Shown one piece after another: positions 39,635-52,395 of a stretch of 64,000 nucleotides of DNA. The DNA comes from Oikopleura dioica (lineage: Eukaryota; Animalia; Chordata). How positions within the stretch are numbered: the stretch's first letter is position 1; each line of letters begins with the position of its first letter. The stretch is taken from NCBI GenBank assembly GCA_907165135.1, contig OU015568.1, positions 14,589,979 through 14,653,978 on the forward strand, given 5' to 3'. The notes under the pieces are model-generated. The model made no database searches and had not been told where the DNA came from. It saw only the letters and a list, made by a program, of their open reading frames with translations. The position numbers were made by a program, and so were the translations under genes.

Positions 39635-41884
39635 CTAGTCAAAATCCAGATCATCGTAGCTGCTCAGAACACCTCGTGCATCTTGAAGAACTTTATCTTT
39701 GTACTCCAACTTTTTCTGAAACATGAAGGTCAATAAAAAAATGAAAATAAAGATCACAAACCGTGAATATGTATTTCTGGCGTTCAAATTCTTTTCTCTC
39801 AAGTTCTTGCGCGGCTTTCATTCGATTCATCTCCCGCATCCATTTTTCTTTCTCACGATGAAATACTTGCCTGATTAAATTATTAATTGAATGGCGAACT
39901 GGGCCTGTAATTTGAACATCAATTTTAAGTGCTTACCTTTCATTCGCTATTTCATTTTTCATCTCCATCATCGCCATTTCGAGGCCTTGCTTTTGCACTT
40001 GCAGATTTTTAACTTGATTTGTCATCAGTTCTACAATTCGTTGATTTTGAATAGCTCCCATGGGTCCGTTACTCGCTACTTCAGGCTCACTTGATTTTTG
40101 GTATGAAAATGTAAATTCTTATCGATTCGTACCTATGCAAAGAATAGTTCATCAGTGGTTCCTTGGGCAGGAAGGTTCTCTCTGGTCGCTGGCCAATTTT
40201 CATCTCAATTTTATTTTGACCCTTTACTACCGGTCCTCGTTGACCTGGGCTCGTCACCGTGTCTAAGGCCGGGTTTGACAGTGATCGTTGAGGCGATCTT
40301 GGAAAGTTTCTCGGCAACGTTGCGGATTGGCCGTACCCGTTCATCGTTATTGACGAGCTGGAACAAGTCGAGTTTGTTGGAGAACTCGGCGCGGAGACAA
40401 CATCGCTCATGTTGTCAGTCGATTCTCGACGGGACATTCGAGTAACTGCAGATTTTGGGACATTGAGCTTCAACATTTGACCTTTTGTAACCAAGGGTCG
40501 GTCATTCTTGCTCTGCCCGAGGCCGCGGAGGTCAACTTGCTGACGGGTCGAAGAAGGACTGGCCAAGGACTCTTGTGAGGATCGACGCTGGTTGTATTTG
40601 TCGAAGAGGGACAGGGGATGTGGTTGTTGTTCACGTTGCTCTCGTTGTCGCAAGAGCTGAAAACATGATGAAAAGCGATTTTTAGAGGCGCTAAGTTACC
40701 TTTTGCTCCCGATTCTGTCTATCCTTCAAAATCCTCTCCATCGTCAGCTGCCGCTTCAAAGCCGGTGGTTCTTCCGGTTGATTTGGATTTTGAAGAAAAT
40801 CAGCAAGATTGCCTCGATTCCTCATGTCAGCAATTTGAATCGCGCTCTTTCCGTATTTATTTTCAGTTTCTGCATCGGCACCGAGGTTCAGTAAAATTCT
40901 CATTTCGGGATTCTTTTTTTAGATTTTTTTTAAATCAGATGATCGAAAACACGGTTGAAAACAAGACTGTCTAATCCTAAATTGCGTCATTTTTCAACAC
41001 TTGGAAAGTTAGGAGACGGATATTTATGATTTTCTTGTCTGTCGGAGTTCCGTTCTCTTCCTTGATTTCAAAAGCAAAAATGACCCCTTTCCTGGCGAGA
41101 ATGACTCGGTCATTGTTAAAGTCGCCCTTGTCCCAGCCAGCATCGCCGCAGACCTTCAACAATCCTTCATTCAAAAGCACCTTGTCCAACTTCGCCAATG
41201 TCTTCTCTAGCGTATTTCCAAATCCAAGCGAAGTCATCGCCACCATGTTTCGCCAAAACTGGTCGGAGTCTGAGCCTCTGAATTTTCAATTCATTTTCAA
41301 CCTGTCAACAGATGTTATTTTTGGTCCTACCGAACTAGCAACGATTCTAGCTGGTGCGGTCGATCTCTCAACGCAGCGGCGATGATGGATTTCACCATTT
41401 TTGAGCGACGAGCAGCTTGCCAGATTACTGAGATCAGCCGACCGCCAACGTGGCTAACAGTAGATGTAAGTTAGGGTTAGACTCGAGATGCTTGAAGAGA
41501 AGACCTATCGGTACATTGGAGATGCTTACTTGAGGACAGCTCCGTTTGAGATTAGCAATCGTAAAATGGCCACAATGGGTGGCCCGTGATTTTCAGACAG
41601 CGCCACTTGCAGCACTGAATTTCCCTAGAGAATATTCTAAAAACTTGCAGAAGCGAAAACTTCTGAACCTTCGAGTTGACATAATTGATATCAGCGCCGC
41701 GGGAGATCAAGTATTCCACAGCTGAAACACGTTGTTCTGGATTCTCACGGAAGTAGACCAGATGGCACAAGGGGGAGTCCCTCCAGCCAGAAGAAGATGG
41801 AAATCCATCGAGCTGGATCAGATCGGGGTTCTCGTGAAGCAATATCCTGGTCTGATTCATATCCGCAGTTCTTAAAGTTTCCAT
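39635..41884 (-). CDS. Ankyrin-repeat protein with a Ser-rich linker and C-terminal coiled coil; further 5' exons possible up to about 43230
   Basis: DSPLCHLV...AVEYLISRGADINYVNSK, LRLLISNGAVLN, ILLNLGADAETENKYGKSAIQIA; terminal EKEKWMREMNRMK...DDLDFD*. Confidence 0.7.
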
Positions 41885-43384
41885 CCAAAATGAAATGAAC
41901 TTATTATTCTTCCTTTTCGATTTGAAAATGGAAAAAAAATCCGAATCGATTTTTTAACCGAGTTTATTATTCAAAAAAATTCTAAGATTTTTTTCTTATC
42001 AGAAAGATCCCTTTTTTATTAATTTAGCTCGAAAAAATTTACCTCATTGCAACCATAAATTGTTCATCTTGTTCTGTAAACGGCCTTGGCTCGCCATATT
42101 GCTCTCTTATCATAATTTCTTGGCAAAATAAAAATCTAAATAAATTTCTGCCGTGTTGTCTCTGTTGCAGCGATTTGAAAGTGATAAGGTCAACTTGGCC
42201 GCTGCTCCGCGTCAGCCATCGTTAGCACCTCAAACGGGCCCATCCCAAGCCACATGCCTTCGAAATCCCCAGCTGATTTCAAAACGAAAACATGTGATTA
42301 CTTTTGAAGACCTTTGGTAGAAATAACCATTTATCGATCAGACACAATGCTAAAATTTCCTCACAGCAGTTCACCATCTGGGCAGCGTAACTTCCTCAGT
42401 CTTCCTGCTCGTTATTGAAATTTCTTTCATTGATTCTGATACCATGAACTGACTTTTCTTAATCCCCAAGTCAGACAAGGCGGAATTTCGTACAGTCATG
42501 ATGAACCATTGGAGCAATACAAATAAGGTGAATTAGGAGAATCACCTCTTTCTATTGAAAATATTATTATATATATATATATACATATTATATTATATTT
42601 ATTATTAAAATATTATTATATATAATAATTTATGTATAATTGAATAAATGCTGATATTGAATTGGCGCGGTGGTTTTTATCTGAGGCTGAGATCTTGCTC
42701 TAACTTTATACAAATTCCGTGCGGTCTGCATTACAATGCGTTTTGGTTTTTGGCAACGCCCGGCCTAAACGGAGCTCGGCCTTTCCAATTTGAATCTCTC
42801 TGCAAGAATTTCTGATTTCCGCGATTGTGCGCCCAATCTGGCACGGGAAGACAATTCCAGCTAAGGATAACAGCATAACTAGCTTTTGGCTGACTTCAGG
42901 AAAGGGCAAATCCGATCGGCCATATTCCAGAGGTTTTATTCCGGATTCTGAATTTATTGCCTCGAATTATCAATTTTCAAATCAACGAAGACAAGAGCAA
43001 AATAACGGCGAATTTCAAAAATAGAAATCTGCTTACGAAAGACGTTCTACGGGAAAATCTGGGCTAACGTTTGTTTTGATTTGTTTTGTTTCTGCCGGAT
43101 CAGACTGTTTTAGCAACAACGGCCACTTCCGATGAGCGATAAACCTCTCCACCCTTTTTCGTCTTAGCCTTGCTTTTTTTTCAGCCGCTAAATCAGAATC
43201 CACGAGGCAGATTTGTTCAATTTTTAGCATCTGATTTATTTACAGTTTTGTTTCTAGTCGTTTTCTTTTTGTGTTGTTTTCTTTTGAAGAAGGCGCACGG
43301 CGGATAGTATCAGATAAAATAAAGAAAATAGATAAATGAAGCAGAAAATGGGAGAAGGAAGAAATATTTTATCAACAATAATCT

Positions 43385-46300
43385 TCAGCCTTCGAATTTT
43401 AGACTGTGGTCGGTTTCCACGTGGCGTCGCAAGTCGACCTGAAGAATTTTTTAGTTAGAAAAAGGTTGGAAAGAGCTGAATTTTACCTTTCGCTGGAAAG
43501 TATTTGGGCAGATTCGGCAGGCAAAGGGAGCAATATTGTCGTGTTTTCGCATATGCGTTATGAGATTCGAGCTCTGGGAGAAGGATTTTCCACAGACACG
43601 GCACTTGTGCGGCTTTTCCCCTGAAAGAAATGGTTAGGAACAAATTTGGGGGAGAAGAAAATTGGAATGGGGCGGGCTGAGCAAATTGTTTCCAAAACAG
43701 GCGAAAATCAAAAACTTCATTGTACGTGTTGCGACTAGAATTTTACATTAAACAAAAAAGACGTTTCTATTTATGCAACAATGTTTACGATTTGACACCT
43801 ACGGAGCCACAATCCCCGCCAAAAACATTAATTCCCCAAATAAACCCTTCAATCTCCCTCTCTCTCTCTTTCCTGAAGTCACTAGAACTACCTACGGCAC
43901 TAGAAATTTATATAATTAGTATGGTTTGTTCAGCCTCCACGCCGGCGGTGTAAAAATATTTGCCGTTGTGGTGTAAATTAGTGGGGATCATAAATCGCCA
44001 AAAATTCGCAAATCCAGATTCAGTGGCACTCAAAAAAGTGCTAAAACCGAGCCCACAAAAATCTCAATTTACGTTTCTATTTAGCGCCGCCAAAACCGCA
44101 CTCTAGGATTTTTTCTAGCGCCGATTTTTCTTCAGAAAACATTCTGCCAAAAAAGAAAATTGATAAAACAGGTTAAAATTACCAATTTTTTGGTAACTTT
44201 CTACAGAAAAAAGGCTAATTATTCCTGTCCCCCGTAAATTTTATGTTTTTATTCTTTAGTACAAAACTGGTTATTTGCCAAAAATTGATAAGAATACAAA
44301 ACAAGGGTGTGCATTTTCGCGGGTGCGAAATCATCTGCGATTTGCAGATTTTGGACTTCAACAAATCCGAAATCCGATTTTTGTAAAATTAAAATCGCAT
44401 TTTTCGTGCGCAGTCGGCGCGCAGCCCCACCTTGTCAAGAGATAAAGCGACATAAATACTAAATAGCCAATCACCCGCTGTGGAAGGTGATAATCGCCTG
44501 CCGTGATCGGATTTCGCCAGAGAGCGGGCTCGAGTACTCACTTCCTTTTTATCAACAGACCGCGCCTCTCTATATCTCCACTCGTATAAATACTTAAACT
44601 TCAAAACCTCTTCTATCAAAAAGCCAAAATCCGCAGCACGAAACGAAAAAAATCTAATTTGATAATCAATCTAACGAATTTCGTATCGCCCCTTTTTTTG
44701 ATTATCTAAATATACAGCGCAGTATATTTTCAAAACAAAAGTTCCGAAAACGGGCGGTAGACATCACCAATCCCAGCTTTCAGGCTCACTTTTTTTAAAA
44801 TTTTAAAGTGACACCCTTATTCTTTACGATGCCGTAAGACAAATTAAATCGAGAAGCCGACTGCGGCTTGGAGGTTTGAGAAGAGAAAGCCGCGCGAAGC
44901 GCGGCTTCATTCTCGTTTCTCGAAGCCGCAGGTGGCTTTTTGATTTCATTTGTCTCGCGCCCTCGTAAAGAATAAGGGTGTCGCGAATCGCGATGCAAAT
45001 AAAAAGATAAAAATTATCTTGAAAATAAGGTTAACCCTTCCGATCGCGTCGAATTTCGCGATTTTGCGATTTGGCGAAGAAATGGAACTAAATTTAATTT
45101 ATTTCCAGAACGGAAATGTAGGAAAATGGTTAATCTGAAAAGCAATTTCCGGATGGGACAAGTGATTGTTGCGGGCGCGCCATCGGGGCGACGAAATCTT
45201 GTCTCGAAGGGATTTTCCCAAAAATCGCCACAGCTGGATTAACCGACCGCCCGAGCCGACCACAACAACTGATTCGTATATCCACCCGCTCAGTAGGACC
45301 TTCCTCCGGCTTCAGATTACATTTTCAAAAACCATTTTTCGAAAACATTTGAAAAAGCGGCAAAACAACAGGTGTCGGCATATCAGAGCAGTTTGTCAAA
45401 TTTCGCCTTTCTTTCAAAATTAATTAATTTAATTCAATCTGGCGAAAATATAATATTTTGAGTCTCACTCTTGTCGCGTGTGATTTTGGGGAAAACACGG
45501 AGCGCCATTTTGATTTAATCATTGTTGCTTGATTTCAAAAGACAATCGAAATTGCTTTCAATAGAGGAGAAAAGGGAAGAACGTGGTGGTACCTGTGTGG
45601 GTGTAGGTATGCTTCTTCATGTCTGATTTTTGGTGGAATCGTTTGCCGCAGAATTTGCACGGAAATGGCCTGAAATATAGCTAAATAAGCAAAATCACTA
45701 GAAATTTTTCCTAAATTTGACTTCGAATAATAAATCAACGAAGACGCGCGAAGCGCGGCTTCTTTCCAATTGGAACTCGAAGCCGCAAGCGGCTTCTCGA
45801 TTTAATCAGTCTTTTAAAGATTGAATATTAAAATAGATTGCAGCATTTTAGGCTGAAAAAAGCCGCGCTTCGCGCGTCTTAGCTTATTTTTTTACTCGAA
45901 GCCGCAAGCGGCTTCTCGACTTGAATAAAAAATCTTATTCTTGTGGTTTACCGTGTATCTGTGTGAATCAGAAGATGAGTGGACAGAGTAGAGCTCCGCT
46001 TGAATTGTTTGTTGCAAATATGGCACTGGAATATTTTGAGCCCATTGTGTCTTGAAACCGAGGGTTGATGAACTCCAAGTTCGATCTGCGAAGTGCGTAT
46101 TTGAGGCGTTATTCCGTGCACCCGACGAGAGTGAATCTGAATTCAAAAAGTCAAGAATTGGCATCATTTCTTTACGAAAATCGCAAGGAAGATAATCGTC
46201 AAAATGGGATTGATGGCGGCGCAGAGGATTTTGCGAAAAAAGTGGCCCACTGCGCTAATGTGTTATACACACAGCCCGCTCTGGGCGCAAATTGGATTCG

Positions 46301-49300
46301 TAAATTTAAATCCAAACGCCAAAAAAATCGAAACAAGCGAGGGATCTTCTGTGATCCAAAAACAAATCGAAAGAGTTCGCGAAAAATCTTGAATACCGGA
46401 CGGTACACCCTTAAAATCTAATTGTGGCTTTTTCAGTAATAATCAAAGTTTGTGGTCGATTTTTATTAAAAAAAGGGGGAAAATCGTTCAACACGTTATG
46501 AAAAAAATTCCTGAAAACAAGAATATTTGAAAACAAGATTCCTGCGGGGATTATCTCATCCCACTTTCTCTTTTTATCCGGAATGAGGCAAAAGCGGCGC
46601 CGCGGAGCCTGATTTATCAAATCACCGCTGAGAATCTGTGCTAGGTGGCGCTTCGAGCCGTGATTTCTCGCGCGCTGATTCGCCGACGCGCGCCAGAGTA
46701 CGAGATTAAAAAATTTAAAGCGGAATTTCGAAAAATTCCAGCGCGTGTCAGATCAGCCCGGCTATAGATAACCTCAAGTTGGCAATATCTTCTGGATCGG
46801 ATTAGGCTTGCTACAGATTTGACACAGCATATCACGTGATTTAGAGGGGCCTTATCAGATTTATTCCCGACTGAGAAGTTACGAGACTTTTCGAGCCAAA
46901 AATACACAATCAGCTAAACAATTTTTTACTCAAGTCTTTTACGGTCACTTAAAAATAGAAAAATGCTGCATTTTTCATTTTTAAAACTTTAGTTTTTAGC
47001 TGAGATTCGATTTAGAAAGGCGTTAAAAAGCCGCTTGGATTGGTAAGTCGACAGCTCGGTGTGTGCGCGAGTCAGTGTTACAAGCGGAATTACACGCGCA
47101 TTTGTGATTTGTAACATTACGCGGATTATATAAGGGTTTAACTCACCTCTAACCCGTGAGAGGTGGTGAAGATTTTTTGGCAGACGGGACAGGAGAACAT
47201 CGGCTGCGGCTGGGACAGATCCTGGGCAATCGTTGTCACGCCGCCGAGAGTTGGGCCAAGGGAAAGAGTCGGTGTTGCTGGATTGCTACTCGAGCACGTC
47301 ATTGAGCTCGAACAGGGCGTGGAGCATCCGGGCTGAAGAGGGAGAGGAGGTGGGGAAGACGCCGACTCCGCTTTCTCTAAAACGGAAATATAATGATAAA
47401 TATAAATTCGGCTCGAGAAAAAATGCTTTGATTATTTTCTGGCGGAAGATGACGCCCCCGCGGCGGATTTTGGACGCTCGCAGCCGGGGGAAATGACGAA
47501 AATAAACGATTTTATAATAAGTACTCTAAATTTTTGGCTATTCTTGCCGAATCGAGGTTTTTTATTACTGGTCGACTTATAGTATCGGCCACGCAGTGGC
47601 CGATTTCTCTAGAAAATCTTCGAATCCGACCCTTTTTCTTAACCCAGTCGCGTAATTTAGGCCTTTTTCTACCACCAGCAGGTTAAGATTTTTTCGAGTC
47701 AAAAAGAAGTTAAAAAGAAAAGACTTACGAGTGATTTCTGACGGACTAGCTGGAGCATTAGAAATGATCGGACTTGTCGAATCGCTGAGGGAGGCATTTC
47801 GGGCTTGCGATTGAAGTTTGGCCAAGAGAATGGACTGTAAGTTTAAGCGGGACGGCTCTGAAGTGATCGGCGAGCTGCGATTCGACTATCACAAGGGTCC
47901 ACAAGAGTGCGCGTGCGAGTTAATCTCTTTCAAATTGGTATGATTTTTCGCTTGCTTGGACCTTTTCCTTTGGATCGACGGAGATGGAGCTTTTTGGCGA
48001 GTCGAGATCTCCTGTTGAATCGGAGGAGGATGGCTTCGGCTCTGATTTGACTTGAGTTGCGGGTGGATGCGCGGAAGGAAGGAGAGCCGATTGATAAGAA
48101 CTTTGAAGGCGCTGGATCAGGGCGTTGTTCACAATGCTCGTTTGGTTCAAGAGATTCAACGCGTTTGGCTCTAGAAAGACGGCGATTATGATTGCAAATA
48201 TGTCACGACTTACGATTCGCAGAAGCAGTTCTTTGAAGAATTTCTCGTCTCGCCATGATTTGCGCCTCCACCTGAAGCTGATGAAGTTGAGCTGCTTGTA
48301 CTTGAGCCTGAGCCTGCGCCTGAATTCTCGCTGCCAGAAGAGGAAGAGCTCCGGGGAGCATTCCGGGAAGTGATCCCATCAGAGTGGGAATCGGAAGTGA
48401 CGTTATCGGGGCTTGTTTGAGAGCTAGAAATGTTGAATTTATTTTTAATCGATTTTGCTTATTATCTTGAGTGAAAGTTTAAGTTTATCTCAGTCAGTCG
48501 TTTTAGTCTCTTTAGTCTGGATTTATGTTTGTTTATCTCAATTTTATTTTTCTATCAGAGGAAAAAAGCGGAAAAGCATAAAGTGGTCGGATAAGCGCGC
48601 CGGATAACACCCACCACAAACAACTTCTCAACCTTCTTCCGCCACGCGAAAGACTCCCCAGCTGGTTGCCTCAATTTCAGGCAAAAATGATCAAGGGGAT
48701 TAGTTCAAATTTGGAAATCTGAAATTCAAGACTTAGAAATGAATGAAATTATAAAGAAAAATTATAGGAATTAATTTTTCCAGGAATAGAAACTTATTTG
48801 GGCTGAATGAGATAAAGGAAATTCGATTAACGACTCATACAGGATGAAAATTATAGACAGTAAGGACGTGCTCACCTTCGACAGTAAGCTCCGAAACGGA
48901 GCTTGCACCAGAAATGGAGTCACCAACAGATGTGGGCCTTTTAAGTCCGTCAGACATCTCAAACGGACGCCAAATGCTCGAGCTCGCTAGAACATACTTG
49001 ATTCATATGTCCATGCATTTCACTATCATCACCATATCTCGCTCTAACCTCTTTTGGCCTGATGACCAGAAATTTGGCGAAAAAAGCGTTTGTTTGCATT
49101 TTTTGCCAAATTTCTGGTCATCAAGCCAGGACGGGTTAAGCAGAAGGAACACCAAAACAAAAGCATTTTTTATAAAATCAAAATTTTCAACCCCAAAGTT
49201 TTCAGTCTAAATTCTAGTCAAAATAAGTCTGTCTATTATCGCTAATTTGTATGGGCTCATCACGACGCACCTGGACGCTTACAGTCGCCAAAACATTGCT

Positions 49301-49958
49301 CGACAAGTCATTTTTGCCTTCGCGAAAAAAAAAAAAATCAGAAACGACAAATTGACCGCCAAACCACTGTTGTTTAGAGTTTAAGTTTTTACGCGAATTT
49401 AATCGTGTAAGGCGCGCCTGGACTAATTAGAGCTTGTTACGAACTTAGCTTTTTTTTCGAGGTTCGAAAATTTGGAATTGAATAGTTGTTGATTTCATAA
49501 TTTTTAAGAGTGTATTCAAAACAAAAATCATAATTTGATTTCATGGGATTTAAATTTAATGGTCTCCCAATCGATTAAGATCAGTTATTGAGATAGAAGT
49601 TTTAACTGTAAGTTAGGGTTAGGGTTTGGAAAAGGAGAGATATCTAAGTAAATTTTCTAGCCTTATCCACATTCTAACCCTCAATACCCTTCTTTTATTT
49701 GAAAAACTAGGAGTGATAAGTCAATTTTTATCGTAAATTCATCATTTTTCGCTTGGGAAGCCCTTAGAAAATCCAAGTTTTCTTCGCCAAATAAGAACAT
49801 TGAACACCAAACACCACGAAAACACAGAAAATCTCAACTGTACCTGGTAAAGCTGGACTGTGAAAGTTCTGATAAGGCATCGGAATCACAGCAGGAGGTT
49901 TAGGAACTCCAGGGATTTGAGAGTGCAGGAGATCGTTTTTGATGATTTGCTCGGTCAT
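43385..49958 (-). CDS. GFI1: Gfi1/Senseless/PAG-3 family C2H2 zinc-finger repressor, five fingers
   Basis: [22 protein letters not shown]; [77 protein letters not shown]...[22 protein letters not shown]. These are near-identical to Gfi1 fingers 1 and 3-6. 5' end uncertain. Confidence 0.93.
44808..44984. mobile_element. Small MITE with internal GC hairpins in a Gfi1 intron
   Basis: 20-bp TIR GACACCCTTATTCTTTACGA (44810-44829) / TCGTAAAGAATAAGGGTGTC (44963-44982). The same terminus AGTGACACCCTTATTCT recurs at 52337-52353. Confidence 0.7.
45741..45915. repeat. Paired hairpin modules related to the MITE interior
   Basis: AAGACGCGC-GAA-GCGCGGCTT at 45741-45761 and inverted at 45860-45880; GAAGCCGC-AA-GCGGCTTC at 45779-45796 and 45898-45915. 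Confidence 0.75.
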
Positions 49959-52365
49959 CTGATGACTTCTAGGAAATCTCTTGAGTTAGGGTTTGTTGGT
50001 TATTTCTATTTTGAGTTGTATTTTATTGAATTAAAATCTGGTCGTGATTAAATCGTAAAATTGATTTCAGTGGATGAGCAAGCAAGCGGACTTGGTGCTA
50101 CGCCGCGCTCGCTCGCTCGCTCGGTGGAGAGGGCGCGCGACCGCGCGATGGCGCAGTCCCGAGCCCCAATAAGCGCACATGGAACTGATAATAATGGCTT
50201 AATTTTGCTTAAATCCAATAGAAATCGTCATTACAAGGAATGTTTCGAAAGCAAGCAAGAACTGAGAAATGTTCTTTTTTGACTATTTCTCCGTAGAGTT
50301 CCCATTAGTTTCAATAAGCCCAGAAAACAGGCCGTTTTAGTAAAAAAAAACCATCATTTTGAGCTTAGTTTCTTGGTAAAATTTATAATTTTCAATAATA
50401 AAAAGCGGTTAAATTAAAAATATTCATAAAAGTCGCCTAATTTTTGAGTTTTCTTTGCTCTTTCTAGCCTTTGATTGTTGTAAATGTACAGAATATTGAC
50501 AAAATCGAACAGTTTACGAGTTCTTGAAAGAAAAGAATCAATTTATGAGTCAGAAATTTTGAATTAAATTTCCGATAAAGCAAGAAAACTAAAAGAAACT
50601 CGAAAATTTTGCGGATGTTGATGGCTAATCAACATGGCTAATTTCATTAATACGTTTGATGAGCTCGAGGCTTAAACCTGCTTCAATCCAGCAGAATGGA
50701 AATGGCTTGTCTTTTAGCGGATTTGAGCCGATATTCATCGCTCTGAAGGGGGTTGAGGATCTTCAGCTGGAATTTAAAGGAAATGGAGCTTTGTTTTGAA
50801 TAAAAGATTGGAAGAAACTTTAGTTTTTACTGCACTTATTGCTGATAAGAGCCGATTCTTGGGAAACTACGTCTTTGCAAGGCCCATTTTACGCGAATAT
50901 CTACAGAAAAGAGGGAATTTAAGACCATGGTAAGAGAAGCAAAAAGTTTCTCCAACTACAGTTTCTCCTGAAAAGCAAAGAAAAGAGCAGGTGAAATTCC
51001 ACATCGGAAAGTTTCATTCAGATTACCCCAAATCCCTGCTATCGCTTGCTGAAACAACTCGCGTGCCCAAATCAGTGCCCGTGAGAGTGTGCCCAAATCC
51101 CCTCACTCGCTCAACATTCAATATTGTCGTTCTCAAGCTAATCTCTTAAATTCTCAGAGCTCTCTAATTCATCACTAAATCACTCACTTTCGGATTCGAT
51201 TTTCCAAAATTGCATCAATTGAAAAACCCAAAAACATTTTTTCAAATTAAATAAAAAACGTAAAAACCGAGATTTGTAATCGTTGCACTTTTTTGATCTA
51301 GAGCAAATCTCATTAATGTTATTACTGTCTATCAGTCAGAAAGTAACTTGAATCTCCTTACCTAGAAAAGATTTTGCTCTTTTTTGAAAAAAAAAAATGT
51401 TTGAATTTTCCGAGGGCTCTCCTGTTTGTATCTGAATTTCTTTTTTGATTGAAATTCTTTTTCTGGTGGAGATTTTAATATCAACTCCAAGCTGCAGTTT
51501 TTGTGTGGGACGGAGACATCTGGGGAAAAAGAGCGCCGGGAATGGTGATTTCCGTCACGAGCGCCACGGAGTTACTAAACTTATCTTTTTTTTTACGAAA
51601 AACAGAATGTTTAATTTAGTCAATAAAAAGCAACTCTGGTTGATGAAATTAATCCTGGAATTTTCCACAAAGGATCAAACCGCGAGAACTCTCCTTCATT
51701 CAGTATGAATCATCCTTGATGGAGCAAAAGTCCGGTTTTCAACTTTCCAAGGATTGAAACTTTTGATTTTCGAGCGTTGAAATCTGCCCGTTTTCCGCCG
51801 TAATGACGACAATTCAACGCAACTCAAGTCTTCTTCTCAAATCAAGCTCGAGTGGAAAAGCAAGTCAGGCAGATGTGGAATTGTTGGCGAAGGCCTCGAG
51901 AAAATAAGCGTAAATACGAAACAGATTCGAATCTTCTCAATCGTAAGGAGCCGCCATATGTTCGTATTCGCGTATGGATTGTTTGAAAAGCAAATTGGGA
52001 AGTTGACTTTGGAAAAGAAACGGCAGATTTTCTAACGGAAGACAGAAAAGATGACCACTTATCTCTATGCATCGAAACAGACTTTTTTCTGAATAGCAAC
52101 TTTCTATAAGGGGCCGCAATTGTCTACTTACTGACCTTGGAAAGTTGGACCCAAGATTGACCATCATCAAAAAAGCTCAGATTGGTCAGGAGCGCGTTAT
52201 GATGATGTTTGGTCCAGGATTCCAATTTTCAGTTGTCCGCTCAGCCGCTCGCTCAGCTCAATGATTTTTTGAGGGAAATTGGGACCCTGGTTTGGCCAAG
52301 ATTCAAGAGATCATGAATTTCGATTTTATTTAACTCAGTGACACCCTTATTCTATTTGACAGAAG

Positions 52366-52395
52366 CCCTAATCCTAACCCTAAACCCAACCCTAA
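52366..52395. repeat. Degenerate telomere-like tract
   Basis: CCCTAATCCTAACCCTAAACCCAACCCTAA; a shorter TTAGGGTTAGGGTT lies at 49613-49626. Confidence 0.55.

Noticed and set aside
42560-42640. AT-rich/(TA)n tract as a functional element
   Set aside because: Simple low-complexity sequence with no supporting structure.
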